This document shows positions 50,386-63,965 of a stretch of 64,000 nucleotides of DNA, one piece after another (positions within the stretch are counted from its first letter, which is position 1; every line of letters begins with the position of its first letter). Under the pieces are notes generated by a model. The model was not told the DNA's origin, did no database searches, and saw nothing but the letters and a program-made list of their open reading frames with translations. Source of the DNA: Octopus sinensis (taxonomy: Eukaryota). The position numbers were made by a program, and so were the translations under genes. The DNA lies in assembly GCF_006345805.1 (NCBI RefSeq), contig NC_043013.1:4216001-4280000 (forward strand), read 5' to 3'.

Positions 50386-50390
<5 letters not shown>
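50224..50390. repeat. ~80-bp near-perfect palindrome with a hammerhead motif in each arm
   Basis: 50224-50304 vs 50310-50390; centre GCTAG. Confidence 0.9.
50262..50299 (-). ncRNA. Minimal type I hammerhead, intact core, weak stem II
   Basis: CUGU-CUGAUGA-ACG(GCAA)CGA-GAAA-CUC(A)GAG-UA-ACAG; the plus-strand partner at 50316-50352 has lost one A of GAAA. Confidence 0.65.
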
Positions 50391-50421
<31 letters not shown>

Positions 50422-50851
50422 ATATATAATATATAATATATATATATATATATGTATGTATGTATATATACGTATATATATATATATAAAGACAGAGAGA
50501 GAAGAAGAGAGACAGCGATGAGGGGAGAGAGCGATAGACAGAGAGATAGATAGATAACGGCAGTTTAATATAAGTATAGAATATGTGAAAAAATTATAAA
50601 AATCTGTAAACAGGGACTAATTGACTTACTACAGGAACAGTGTCAAATCTCATAAGGAGTTTTATTCATAGTGACTTCGGAGTTTTGCCGATAATCTGAC
50701 GATAGTCTGAGAGGTATGGAAGTCACAGTGACTAAAATTATGCGTTCGTATTTGCAAAACCCTACAAAGATAAACATACAGACTCTTCCTCCCTCCATTC
50801 CCCCTCCTTCTCTCTCACTCACACACATGCATACACTGATATATATATATA

Positions 50852-50894
<43 letters not shown>

Positions 50895-50932
50895 ATATAT
50901 ATATATATATATATAATATATATATATATAAG

Positions 50933-51159
50933 ACGGTGACCTGGCAGAAACGTTAACACGCCGGTCCAAATGCCTAGCGGTATTTCATCTGCCGTTACGT
51001 TGTGAGTTCAAATTCCGTCGAGGTCGACTTTGCCTTTCATCCTTTCGGGGTCGATAAATTAAGTACCAGTTACGCACTGGGGTCGATGTAATCGACTTAA
51101 TACCTATGTCTGTCCTTGTTTGTCCCCTTTGTGTTTAGCCCCTTGTGGGTAATAAAGAA

Positions 51160-51160
<1 letters not shown>
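50933..51160 (+). mobile_element. SINE family A, full length, tail type 2
   Basis: CTGGCAGAAACGTTAACACGCCGG...GAGTTCAAATTCC...TTTAGCCCCTTGTGGGTAATAAAGAAA. Confidence 0.9.
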
Positions 51161-51193
<33 letters not shown>

Positions 51194-53285
51194 ATATATA
51201 TATATATATATATATGTATATAGCAAATCAAAATGAATTAAGCAAGCAGTTGTTAATAACCGATAGTGAACCATCTTAGTAGAGTTAGCAATATAAATAT
51301 CAAATAATACGAAATCCTCTGATACATGGTAGTTACAATACCCAGTAAAACAGTTAAACCAAGTATATGATACATTCTACACGGACCAATGCATGATAAG
51401 TATAGAATGGATGAATATTTGATTAAAAATGTTATAAAATAAAATAACATAATAGGAATCAACAGTTAAACTATATTACCAAACACGAAAACTAAAAGCA
51501 TTCTCAACTTGACGATACCACAAAGCTGTAAAGTACAGAATGTGCTTCAGCCAACAAACGTAATATAAATATTTCAATATAAATATGAAAGTTGAAAATT
51601 TCAAGACTCAAACTATTGTTATACCCATCAGACTTTTTTTTCCGTTGATCGGCCATGCATTTACTACAAGGCGCTATGACACTAGAGAGTAATTCAGACA
51701 GAATACGAAACAAAACGAGATAGAAAAACATTACTTGATCACACAATCATTCTATATTGAGTTGCGCAAAAATAAAACTAGATTAGCTGTGGAAGCTTTG
51801 GTTAGAGCTAAAGAAAATAGGATATAGATATGTCTTTCTAAGAACTGTTATTAATAGTCAATGTACCATGGAGTTAACGGTTAAACATTTTAAATATCCC
51901 AATGGTGAATGTACCAGTCAGTAACAATATCATTCGCTCAGTCTTTGTTGAATATAATAAGAAGCGGTAATAAAAGTCTCCGCCATGCCATTTCTTTCAG
52001 TCGATATGATCAAGAACGTAATACAACGTTAATGGACTTCGGGAGGTTGTTGTAACCTGAATATAAAATACTAATAATGAAGTATGAAAAAAGCTCAAAC
52101 CTAGTTGTGTTTAATTTAACAAGTTTGAAAAGCAGCTGCTCCCTATATACAGATACATGTAAACAGAGATATATATGCACACATACATGAATACACGCAT
52201 ACATTTATACACACACACATATGTATGTGTATGTGTATGTATATAAGAAATTTACAGGCGAGATATTTGGAAATTAGGTGAGTTAATATGCATGTAAATA
52301 CACACAAGTAGACAACAATTAGTAGACGGTAGAATGATGCAGTAATGAACAATTATACGGAGAAATATATATAAACACAAAAGGATAGTTAGGTTCATAT
52401 ACACATAAAAGCAAACTCTATCTCTCACACACACATCCTCTCTCACACACACACACACTCACACACTCATAAACACACACACACAACAAACACACGTGCA
52501 TGAATTAGTACGTGTTCAAACAAAAAGAGTATATATGGTCATTGTAAAGTCGTTGTATAATTTAAAATTTTATTATCTGTATGAGAGACGTAATCTATAC
52601 ATAAGATTTCGAGGGCTTCATACAACTAATATATCAACGTCATTAAAAGAATGTATGTATGTATGTATGTATGTATGTATGTATGTATGTATGTATGTAT
52701 GTATTATTTTATGTAGAAAAATACAAACTGGGACAAGAACGTAAAACATTTAGAAGATACAAAAAACGGACGGGACATTCAAAGCCTTCAATCTTCAGTC
52801 AAGAACCGGATCATCGTAGCAATTTCGGCTGATTAATCTTTGTATGTATGTGTGTATATGCATGTATGTATGCATATGTAAATATGAATATATTTATGCA
52901 GGTATGTATGCATGTATACGTATATGTTTATGTGTATATGTATCTATGTAATATGTGTGTGTGTCTTCATTCAGAAGAAAAAAAAAAGAAGATATTTCAA
53001 TTTTATTTTATGGCGACATGTAAATACTTTAAACCTACGATTAGAACTTCAAAATTACGACAGTGTTTGTATACCTCAATACATAGAAAAGATGAACTGT
53101 GACCAGCTTAAGAGCAAGTGTATTAAAAATTCAAAAATACAATAAATTCTTTCACTTTTTCTTTTTACAGATTAATACATCCATGTATATATAAAAAACT
53201 TATAACAAACTGAAATTGTACAAAGGCCTCTAAAATGAAACTATATACATACATACCTACCTACATACATACATACATACATACA

Positions 53286-53320
<35 letters not shown>

Positions 53321-53415
53321 GTATATATATATAATATAAATAATATATAAATATATGCATATATACATACATATACTTACAAACATACATACATACATAC
53401 ATACATGCATATATA

Positions 53416-53462
<47 letters not shown>

Positions 53463-55846
53463 CACATCAATACACACACACACACACATATATATATATA
53501 TGTGTGAGTATGTTTGTATACAATGAAAATTCAAGATAGTACGAGTATGTATGCATGTATGATGTATATATGCAATGTATGTTTAAGAAAAGAAAGAGGG
53601 AGAGAGTGAAATGAGTGAGAGGGAGAGATAGATCGTTGTATTACCTTAATAACTCTGAAGTACAGTTAACCATGTATGTACGACGTCTCCATAAACGGGG
53701 CGAAATTTGTGGACATTTTAAATTAGAATGGACAAAAACAAGCACCTGACGAGACAGATTCATTTCTGTCTCCATAGAAACCTACTTATTAACCAAATTA
53801 CTCACCTATTTACCTGCACAAATGCCTTCATTTATACATACACGTATGCACCCATGCATAATAACATTCACCCTACCTGCATACGTATCGTTGTTCTTAT
53901 ATAAACACTTATATACCTAAATAACTACCTTCCAACATAGGATCACATATACGCATTCCTCTCTGTCAACATGTATACATATGTTCTCATATATACATAC
54001 TCATACACACATACATATTTGTACGTATTTAGGCAGTTATATGTACATACTTAAATACACACATTTATGTACAGACATAAATACACATACATACACACAC
54101 ACTCGTCAATATACATTGCGCACACCCTAGATACACACATACATACACACATATATTTATATATGTCCACATATAATTTCAGTGAGCTTCAGGTACATAG
54201 CTTAATATTTAATCGCACGCGTGCCAAAACTCACGCAAAACTCACACACAGAAACACACACACGCGCGCAAATATACACAAATACACACAAAAGTACAAT
54301 ACAAAGGAGTGAAGATATGTAGGAAGTGTTGATTTGAAGGTTAATGTTCTAAAAAAGGTAGAGTGTACTGAGTGCACAGAGAAAACCTGAGACTTGCATA
54401 GCTGTTATAGTCACTGTAGAACAACATTAACTGGTGAAATCTGTATGAATCTATATCTTAATAAGGGTGCCACTTGGAGTAGAGTAGGGCTTTAATAATA
54501 ATCATACCAAAAACTATATTGATAATTAACAACAATAGAAAAAAAATGAAGTCTACATAATAGTGAAACTTAGAGAAAACCGAACCAAATTAGCCGCTTG
54601 ACCTGTTAAAAATAGTAGAAAAATTCATATTGAATCACACTTAATCATATTGAGGGAACATTGGATAATGTATTCCTAGAAAGACCTGAATAGATATAAC
54701 TAGATGGACTTTATTCACAACTTTACTGAGTCCTGACATTAGCCTAAACAAAATAAGCAAATATTTACATCTGATTTTATCCAAGATTTCCTTCCAATAA
54801 TGAAAAGCATTTCCACACCAGCCATAAATATCACAACCTGTTTTATAAGTATCAAGGAAAAAGCGCAGAAGAGGTAACAGCAGTGACCAGTGTGCAATTG
54901 TTCGAATATTTATGAGAGACCACAAGCTTAACGTTTCCCGTGGATAACATTTCTAAATTAAAATCAAATTAGAAGTCTACAAAATTCTCAACTTTAACAT
55001 GTGACTAAAGTGGATAAATGAAAAATGGGGACGTAAGTGTTAGTACTAATCTATAAAGTTCTCAAACGTAGAAAATCGATTGAAAAACGATTAATAAAGC
55101 AAATTTGTAAGAATATTACATGAAATTTAAAATATTGAGATTTTAGTGCACATAATAGATCACATCCACCTGCAGAATAAAAGATATCAGTACACTGCAT
55201 GTGAAATATATGTCATACTTTCCTTCTGATTTTAATAATTATAAAAATATGCAAAACGGTCGTATACTCGTTATAGTCCGCCTTTAGTTTTCTTCTTAGT
55301 GAGATTTTCTCTGTACATTCTATTTCTTTTTATCAGTAGGTCATTGCAGTGACATATAGCGTGATTAAATATAGTAGTTTTATTGAATGAGAGATTTGAT
55401 ATTCCCTTTCTGGTATCGGTGACTAGCTTTTTTTTTCGTGTTTATAGACAAAGGTTTCGAATTTTTACAGAGGTATACTGTATTTGGGTTTCTGTAAATA
55501 GTGTGCGCGCCAATATTTAAGTCTTCAGGATATCAAAAATGTCGCAGTTCCTAAGTTGGTTCAGATGATAATGTATAATGCTGATTGTCAACAACGATCT
55601 ATAATGAAATCACAATTTTCCAATAAACTTCGATTCTTACTATACATTTAGCAGTAGAACATACAGAATTTTTTTAATTTCTTCTTTTTTACCAGAAGCA
55701 TAATGCTCTTTCTTTTGTACGCATATTTTAAGGTCAGCAAGTTTCGAAATATATGTTAATAATATCATATAACAAATACTTATCTTGCAAGAACAATTTC
55801 AGCTATCTAAAAACGCACAGAAACTACAAAATTCTTTTACAATATA

Positions 55847-56200
55847 CAGGGTATCCCAGAATTAACTATTTCAAATTTCAATGAAATTGGGAAAATTTAA
55901 GGAAAAAAACTGACAGAATTTTATGTTTATTATGATACCAAAACAAATGAATTCATAAATCTTACATCAAAACTTTATCGCAAATTTTTTTTTTAAATGT
56001 GTTCTGTCTGTGTTCCTGCAAATTTCACATCTACCCTTGGCGTTGCGAAACGCATTTAGAAACGTTTCAGGAGTTATCTTCTGCACTACTTCTAATAGAA
56101 TGCGTTATTTAAGTTCAGCTAAACTAGCTGCTAAATTACGACTCCAAATTAAACAAAAGCTTTCGTGGATAGATAAGCGGGATCCAACTGGAATGAAAAT
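55847..56200 (-). mobile_element. Tc1/mariner-superfamily 3' remnant
   Basis: TA|CAGGGTATCCCAG terminus at 55845-55859; minus-strand SLAELK*RILLEVVQKITPETFLNAFRNAKGRCEIC resembles a maT/Tc1 transposase C-terminus. Confidence 0.55.
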
Positions 56201-56619
56201 AAAATTATAGACAAAAAAATGTAAAAATTATAGTCATAAACAAAATAAAAATTATTAAACGTGATGAACATAAATAAAAGTGAATTTTTAAAGAAATTGT
56301 CCGATTTCGTTGAAATAGATAGGTAATTGTGGGACTTCATGTATTTTATGATGTGTCAAATGTTCCTCACCCACCTCTGATTTTGTCAATACCACAGACG
56401 AAAGATCGTTTTAACATGGTATTATTGTGTTGTTTACGTGGCTAGAATTACTTTTCGGCGATGTAATTACTTCAATTTCGACAAACAACCACAAATTAAG
56501 TCACTTATCGGGTAAGTAAAAAATATTTTTTCGTTTACTTCATTATATTGTCTACTTCATTATATTTGCTCTCCGTGCGGCCAATTATCTCGTCCCCTAC
56601 TTCCTAAATTATTATCGGC

Positions 56620-59300
56620 CTTTCGCAACGCTACGCATCTCTTGCTGAGCGCACACATCTGCTCCGGCTCGTTCACCGTGCGCACATTTTGGTCCACCAA
56701 AGACCGAATGGTGTTTTGGTTGCCATATTGCGCCTCATCCACCCGGGCCCATCGAGCAGCTTTGGTTCCCTCTTGTCTCAGAGCACGTGCTTTAGCTCTG
56801 ACAATGCAACCTTCGTGCTTGGCGTTGAAGTGTTCATCGAGGGCCAACCTCGCTGCCAGCACACCAGTTGCAATGCCTTTAAGCGCCTCTTCTAACTTTC
56901 TCACTAAATCACCCTCTAATATATTTCTTTCTACAGTTAAAACTTTGTAAAAAATTACTGATTCTACTTTGATGGTTCTTCATAGGTTATACCATCATTT
57001 ATTGTTGACAATTCGCCTCGTCATTGCTTTCTGAACTAACTCCTTAATTCGTCTCTGTATGCTTGGCACGCCGAAGTGACGTGTTCAGCTAGCAGTTGTT
57101 GCCGGAGTCCTGTCGATGTATGCTATCTAAGTCGACCTTACAGGTCACCAATTTGTGATCTGTGTGTCGCCGACAACAACTAATACCATCCCAATCTAAA
57201 GACCTACAAAATACTCTCTCGAGATACGATCTAGATGTTACGATGCGGTTTACCCATGTCCACATTGGGACATTCGGGAAATCCATTCGGTACTAGTCAG
57301 ACAGTTGAAAGTGTCTGAGAAGGTTTGCGAGGCTTTTGCAACCCCCTTTCCTATCGCCTAGCTCCACACAATCCAATTCTGCATCTAAGATGGCGTTGAA
57401 ATCACCCACTAACACTAAAGATAGGGACGTACCCAGGAAGATCTCCATATGCCTGAAGTAGTCCAGCTGTCCTGCACCTTTTGGTGCATAAACTGTCACC
57501 AGTCTGAAGGCTCCACCGTTACTACCTTTCACAGTGAGGACCACCAGCTTACCTTCTGAGTTCAAGAAGAGTCAGTCTTTTTAGAAGAATGACCGAAACT
57601 TATTTTGGGATCCAGACCTTTCCGTAACGATACTGCAGTACCCCACCACCCGCCGATACGGAGATACATAGACATCGAAAATGGGCATGAAAGCTCGCGG
57701 TTTGGTTAGTCTGGATTCAGTAATAGCTATTACATCTATTCCTCGTGACCTGAGATCGTTGAGTAGGTGATCTTATTTCCAAGGGGACTCCAGGTCGCGT
57801 ACATTTATGTAACCTATTCTGAATGTGACCATTCGAGTGGTTGGTGAGGAGAAAAACGAGAGGACTACTTACCATTAGTACTCTGGGGTGGGAGCAGATG
57901 TCCCGCTCTTTAAGTGGGATTTATAGAAGCTCCAGGACACTTTTGTGCTGAAGCCCCCAAACGCCGCTCGTGGAAATTTGTATTCTATGTTGCTGTATGT
58001 ATGTTGCAATGTTCGAAGTATCGGTATGTGTGGTGGAGGTGTATTATTCTTGGGGGAAACAAAGTCAGTCATTTTGATGTCTGTATTTTTCTTTATGTAT
58101 AAGAGTAAGTTTGTGACGTATATTTGCCATTGAAATATGGCTAACCCCTAAGGGTGGATGCTACTGTAGTTTGTAGCCCCAGGAGGCCACCGCCTCCAGC
58201 TGGCTATAGACACACTTTCTGTGCCCTGTCAGTATTTGCAAAGGGTAGTCATCCTTCCCGTCTTCAACTTATGATACACACGGACTCGAGTTTCTGGGTA
58301 TTGACCCGTCATCGGCGTCTGACAATCGCAGTTGTCGATGAGAAGTAGATTCCCTTCACACGTGTTCATGGCGGTGAGTTTTGTGGTATCTTTGCTGTTT
58401 TCGTTCACTTTTTATGTTGACCCTGTTGTGCATTGTACTGTTGGCTGCGTCTGTAGTATTGGTGTGGTTGTATTGGTGGAAGTGTTGTAAGCGTGGATGT
58501 TGGTGTGTTGCAATGCCTTTAAGCGCCTCTTCTAAATTTCGGGTGATTTTGATTGCTATTTTGTGGGGTACAGCGGGTGTATTTGTTGGTGTACTGTTGT
58601 GCCTTTTCCTTAGTCTTTTACGCGTGACTTCTGTCCACTCAGTTCTGTCGGCCTCTCTGCACGACATGCCTGAGTGGTCAGAGTCAGGAAGGGCTAGTTC
58701 CAGTGAGGCGAAATTTTCTCATATTTTTTGTTCTTCTGACAAGAGCTGCATTGTTGGTATTTTTGTAGGCGCCGTGGTTGTGGTTGTGGTCAGCGCCTCT
58801 GTTGTTGATGGCGATGTTGTCTCTCGTGTAGTTGTTGTTGTTGGTGGTGTTTTTTGCTGGAGCTCTCTCTGCTTTCTTTCCTTGTATTTTTTCTCTTGGT
58901 GGGGTTGCTTTTGTTGTTGATGTCGCTTCTATAGTTGGGGTTGCTTCAGTTGTTGGGGTGCAGGTGGTGCTTGTATCAAGAACGTTGCGCCTTCCTGTTT
59001 TAGTTGTGGCAGAAGGCTTTCAGTTGGTTATTCTGTTCGCATTGTTAACATCTTGGCCTTCTGCCCTCAACTGTGATGTTCAGCATAGTGCCATCTGGAA
59101 GGCTGAGATTTGTTCCAAAATGTCTTGGTTTATTTGAACATTATTTGCAATTCCTGACCAGTCCTGTTGCTTTTTCCTTGTTTCTCGACTTGGATGATGC
59201 GAAATACCGTTAAGCATATTTCCTGGCGAACTAACGATTCTGTCACCTCGTAGACACAAGGCCAGCAAATCCGAATGGCAGCAAAGTCGATTACATTTTC
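56620..59300 (-). mobile_element. L1/Tx1-clade LINE 5' portion (decayed ORF1 region plus ORF2 APE endonuclease and linker)
   Basis: ORF2 ATG at 57832: IGYINVR, IDVIAITESRL, FRLVTVYAP, LVLVGDFNAILD, WTW...SRSYLERVF, TDHKLV; linker GCIVRAKAR; the ORF1 part is only weakly supported. Confidence 0.8.
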
Positions 59301-59778
59301 AAATTCCAACTACACCTTTGCTATCGAAGAGCAGGAGATGACTATTAAATCTCTGATCAACCAAAGAGATACGAATGCCTGTAAATCACTAGGCACTGAT
59401 AGTGACGATTATGCCATGTCAGTGTGGAAGATATTACTCATATCATCAGTAGATGTCCCCAGATGCACGCAAGATATTACCTCCATTTTAGGTATGACCC
59501 TATCATTGAGATGTTCACTCTAGAATTGAAGCATTGGTGTAGCCATGATGTTTTCGTGATCTGATGAGCTAGATTTCATTATCAACATTGATTTGTAAAT
59601 ATGCAATTGTATCGTATAATGCGTATTAGTGCACACATGTTAGCAAAATTTGTTATTCACTGAAATTATCTTACACGAAGCAAACTGCGAAATGGCCGCA
59701 ACCCAAAGGATGGCAGGTGGTTAAATATATTCACAATATAATCACCTCTTATACCTCATGTCTTTTTATGGTTTCCTC

Positions 59779-59862
<84 letters not shown>

Positions 59863-59890
59863 ACACACACATATGTATATATACATATGA

Positions 59891-59957
<67 letters not shown>

Positions 59958-60093
59958 CACATATATATACATATATACATATATATATGTATGTACTACG
60001 TACGCATATATATGTGTATACATGATATATATATAAATGTGTATACATGATAAATATATATATATATATATATATAATATATATATATATTAT

Positions 60094-60136
<43 letters not shown>

Positions 60137-60739
60137 CATACATACCTGTTTGTGGGAATAACTAGAGAATTCTATAGAGGAAATGACACACACAGGAAGG
60201 GAAGAGAAGAGAGAAAAAGAAGGGGAGAGAAAGTGGTCGAGCAGGTGAAAAGATATGTATGATAAAAAAAAAATATGTAAAATTGAAGAAAGAAACGTTG
60301 TAGATATAAACCATATGAGCGATAAAAATGGTGATAAGCTCCCAAAGAAAGATTGCGAGAGTTGGTGAGAGCAATAATCACATCTATGGCATACACATCA
60401 CCAAAGATACTTACACCCACACACACTTACATACACACTACCACAAAATGGTCATGCGAGTAAAACAGAAAAAATGTGACACAATGGTCCGAATAGGTTT
60501 TCCCTGATACTAATCACTCGATGTCTTTATCTTAATATTTTACAATGTAAAAGGTGACACTTGTCGAAATTTAATTGCTTTGTTTTTCTTTCCAGTTAAA
60601 TTGTACACTCACATCTGTACTCTATGACCATTTAAAATCGTTTTGTATTTATTTAGAACACGAGGATGACTATTGCCTTTGTTTTATTACCGTCAATTCA
60701 TATTTTTAGGCGGTACACTCCATTGAATCTAACCCAGTT

Positions 60740-61235
60740 ATGCCCCTCATCTGCCATATTCTGAACGCCTTACTTCCCTGGGCATGGACACATTGAAACT
60801 CCGACGTCTGGCAGCTGACTTGGTAGACACCCATAAAATTATCAACCATCTTACAAACAATAACTCTGAGCACCTTTTCGCACTCCACCCGTCTAACACC
60901 CGTGGACGTGTTTACAAAGTCAGGAAACAGCACAGCTCCCATGACTTTAGGAAACATTTTTTCACGCTGAGAGTTGCTGAAGCATGGAACAAACTGCCGG
61001 CATCGGTTGTTAGTTGTCGGAGCACTGCATCCTTCAAAACTTCCATGCTTCCTGAGATTCGCCAACACTACACCTGATTTCCTCTCCTCCATACACATAC
61101 AAGCATGTATCTGACTCATACACTGTTCGCTTTCCAGACATTTGTACACTACTGCATATACTTTATACGCACTTTCTGACAAGTTGTGGTGCACCTGAGC
61201 ACTGTATACAATCATTTCATTATAATTATTATTAT
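60740..61235 (+). mobile_element. CR1-clade LINE 3' end with 3' UTR and (ATT)n tail
   Basis: YSERLTSLGMDTLKLRRLAADLVDTHKII...TRG..YK...RKHFFTLRVAEAWNKLPASVV...FKT. Confidence 0.9.
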
Positions 61236-61239
61236 ATTA

Positions 61240-61510
61240 TCTCATCGGGGTCGATATTCATGGTCTCAGTCCTGGGTGTTGGATTCAAGGAATGTTAGGG
61301 TGTCGCAAGCGATACCACGCGGTACTTCTTCCAGCACTGTGCTGTCGATTTTAAATATCACCACCGCTCCATGACATAAACGGCGACAATTTTGGAAGAC
61401 CAAAAGCATATATTTCCGCTCATCGCTCTCGGTGACACTTGACCAACTGACATGGGAGGATGAAAACCGAGTTTCAACTATATCACTTGTCACTAAGTGC
61501 GGTGCACTCC
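61240..61510 (-). mobile_element. Possible very decayed R4/Dong 3' end
   Basis: Weak frameshifted resemblance to VPVV.GA and TVLLGTARIL motifs; ends at an ATA-rich tract. Confidence 0.3.
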
Positions 61511-61519
61511 ACAACGACA

Positions 61520-61767
61520 TGTATGTATGTATGTATGTATGTATGTATGTATGTATGTATGTATGTATGTATGTATGTATGTATATGTATGAATGTAACA
61601 ACGGGGTATTTTTGTATGTATGTATGTATGTATGTATGAATGTATGTATGTATGTAAGTATGTATGTATGTATGTATGTATGTATGCATGTATGCATGCA
61701 CGCATGTATGCATGTATGTATATATGTATGTATGCACGTATGTACGTACGTATGTATGTATGTATGC

Positions 61768-61799
<32 letters not shown>

Positions 61800-61870
61800 G
61801 TATGTATGTATGTATGTATGTATGTATGTATGTATGTATGTATGTATGTACGTACGTATGTATGTATGTA
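61520..61870. repeat. (TATG)n compound microsatellite
   Basis: Direct reading. Confidence 0.95.
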
Positions 61871-61874
61871 TTAT

Positions 61875-62470
61875 GTATGTGCAGATTTGTATATTTTGTT
61901 TTATGCATGTATTCTCATGCATATAGTTACATATCTAGATATGTTCATATATATTTAAAAGATAAACTTCTGCAAAGTTTTACAAATTTTTACTGTCCGA
62001 GTGGTGGATTGGATCTGTAGTCTTCGAACTAGCTTTCTCCTTTCTGGTTTTGAGAAGCTTTATTTCATAAGATAGATATTCAGGCAGTGTGTTATATATC
62101 CCAGGGTCCCAATAATTACAGGTATAAACCTGAACTTGTAGTCTGGATAGAGTAACTGCAGATTTCTCAATAGTTCAGTATAAGTATTCTCTTTTTCACT
62201 GATCTTCTGCTTTATGTTAACATCCGCTGGGCAGCTAATTTCCACAGCTTTGCACAGTTTCTCTTCCCTATCCCAAAGCATTATATCAGATCTGTTGTGC
62301 TTACATTTTATTGAGGTCTTTTACTGGAACATTCCACCAGTTTTCCTTTTTATTATGAGTTGCTTTGGCTTCTACCATATTGTGGGTTCTTATTTCCTTG
62401 TCCTGGGGATTATCCTTTCGACGGATTTCGTTATAGTGTCCTAGCCACATTATGTCTCATCGGTATGTAT
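61875..62470 (-). mobile_element. RLE-type LINE 3' end (lineage distinct from 41035-43467)
   Basis: HNRSDIMLWDREEKLCKAVEISCPADVNI..K..EKENTY..L...RFIPVIIGTLG and LQIQSTTRTVKICKTLQKF; 3' UTR runs into (TACA)n. Confidence 0.8.
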
Positions 62471-62482
62471 GTATTTTTTATC

Positions 62483-62660
62483 TTTTACTTGTTTCTGTCA
62501 TTAGACTGTGGCCATGCTGGGGCACCACCTGGAAGCATTTTGATTGAACGAATTGACACCAGTACATTTTTTGTCGAACTGATAAGCTACGGGGTCGAAA
62601 ACACACTAACACCACTTGTCAAGTGGTGGTGGGTGGAAAACTTTGACACAAACACATATA
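62483..62660 (-). mobile_element. SINE family B, 3' half
   Basis: TTTTACTTGTTTCTGTCATTAGACTGTGGCCATGCTGGGGCACC. Confidence 0.7.
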
Positions 62661-63494
62661 AGGATAATTGATATTAAGTAACCAGAAAATGGGTTTGTTA
62701 TTAATCTTTATTTTGTACGGCAATCGTTTCTACCCATCCCGACACTGTCCCTTATCGGTGGCACTCTGTTCAACATGTTGTGTTGCACCCATTTTGCAGT
62801 TTGTGTTACATCAGGTACATTCATATTTAAAGTGGTGTGTCGCTAAACGTCCTGAGTTTAGGCTGAATTTAAACTCAGAACGTAAGGACGGACGAAATGC
62901 TTCTAAGCTGCCAGCTCATCACCTTTTAAAAGTAGTATATATTGAACTGACTATCCCCTCAGAGACACAAGGAACGAAAAGTTTTTAGTCATCTGCAACA
63001 CATGACTTATTCATAAGCAGTAAAAATACAGAAAAAGGAAAACAAAGAAACATTTCGGTGGCAAAATATAACAATCTCTATTTGGACTATCGAAAAAAAA
63101 AATATTATGGTGATAGTGATCATGACGACATCGCCAACGACTATGAATAGCAATAGTAATAGTTTTATATATATGTAATTGATATTATTATGTTGTTGGT
63201 GTTATTTATAACAGAGGAGCAAGACCTGGAATTTGGAGGAGAGGAACAGGCGAAGGTAGCAAAACATACATCAAAGAGATTGTTGAAACAAAAAGTTAGG
63301 AAAAGGCTGACCCGTACGTCAACTTTCGGCGGAAATTGGTTGTGGTGCACACTGAGGGTGAAAAAGCTGAAATAAATTCATAACAAACGGGTGCAGATGT
63401 GTTCACTTATCGCTTTACCATTTTTATATGCAGCCAGTGAGTGAGAGTATCTGAGGAGTGATTATGCATGCATTTTGACTCTCCTTCTCTGTAG

Positions 63495-63612
63495 GGGTCA
63501 TCAACTTTCACTGAAGCCTTTACTGGATGTTGCAGCCGTTCAAACAAAGGTTCATGGTCAGGAGCGTGGGAGGAAAGACAATTCCGATGAAATGGCAACT
63601 TCACTGATACAA
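63495..63612 (+). CDS. Possible isolated internal exon (unknown protein)
   Basis: Pyrimidine-rich acceptor CTCTCCTTCTCTGTAG, donor CAA|GTAAGT, one open frame GHQLSLKPLLDVAAVQTKVHGQERGRKDNSDEMATSLIQ; no recognised homology. Confidence 0.25.
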
Positions 63613-63890
63613 GTAAGTCTATCTTTGTTCATTTGTTTATCTGCCTTTCTCCTTTTGTCTTTTATAATATAGAAGCTTTTAACATACACATGTGTGAATG
63701 CAGTTTGAGTATACAAATATATATGTATTTATTCACAAAACCATTTGTGTGTATTTGTTGTGCGTAAGAACTGTTAATCTAATTTTAAATGTGATTGCAT
63801 ACTCAGTTATAATTTTATCCGTATGTACTTGTAAATTTTCAACTAGATATGCATGTTAAGGTAATCCAATATAATATAATTCTCCTCGCG

Positions 63891-63891
<1 letters not shown>

Positions 63892-63965
<74 letters not shown>

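Noticed and set aside
54641-54925. 94-aa non-repetitive ORF
   Set aside because: No recognisable domain or splice context; length compatible with chance.
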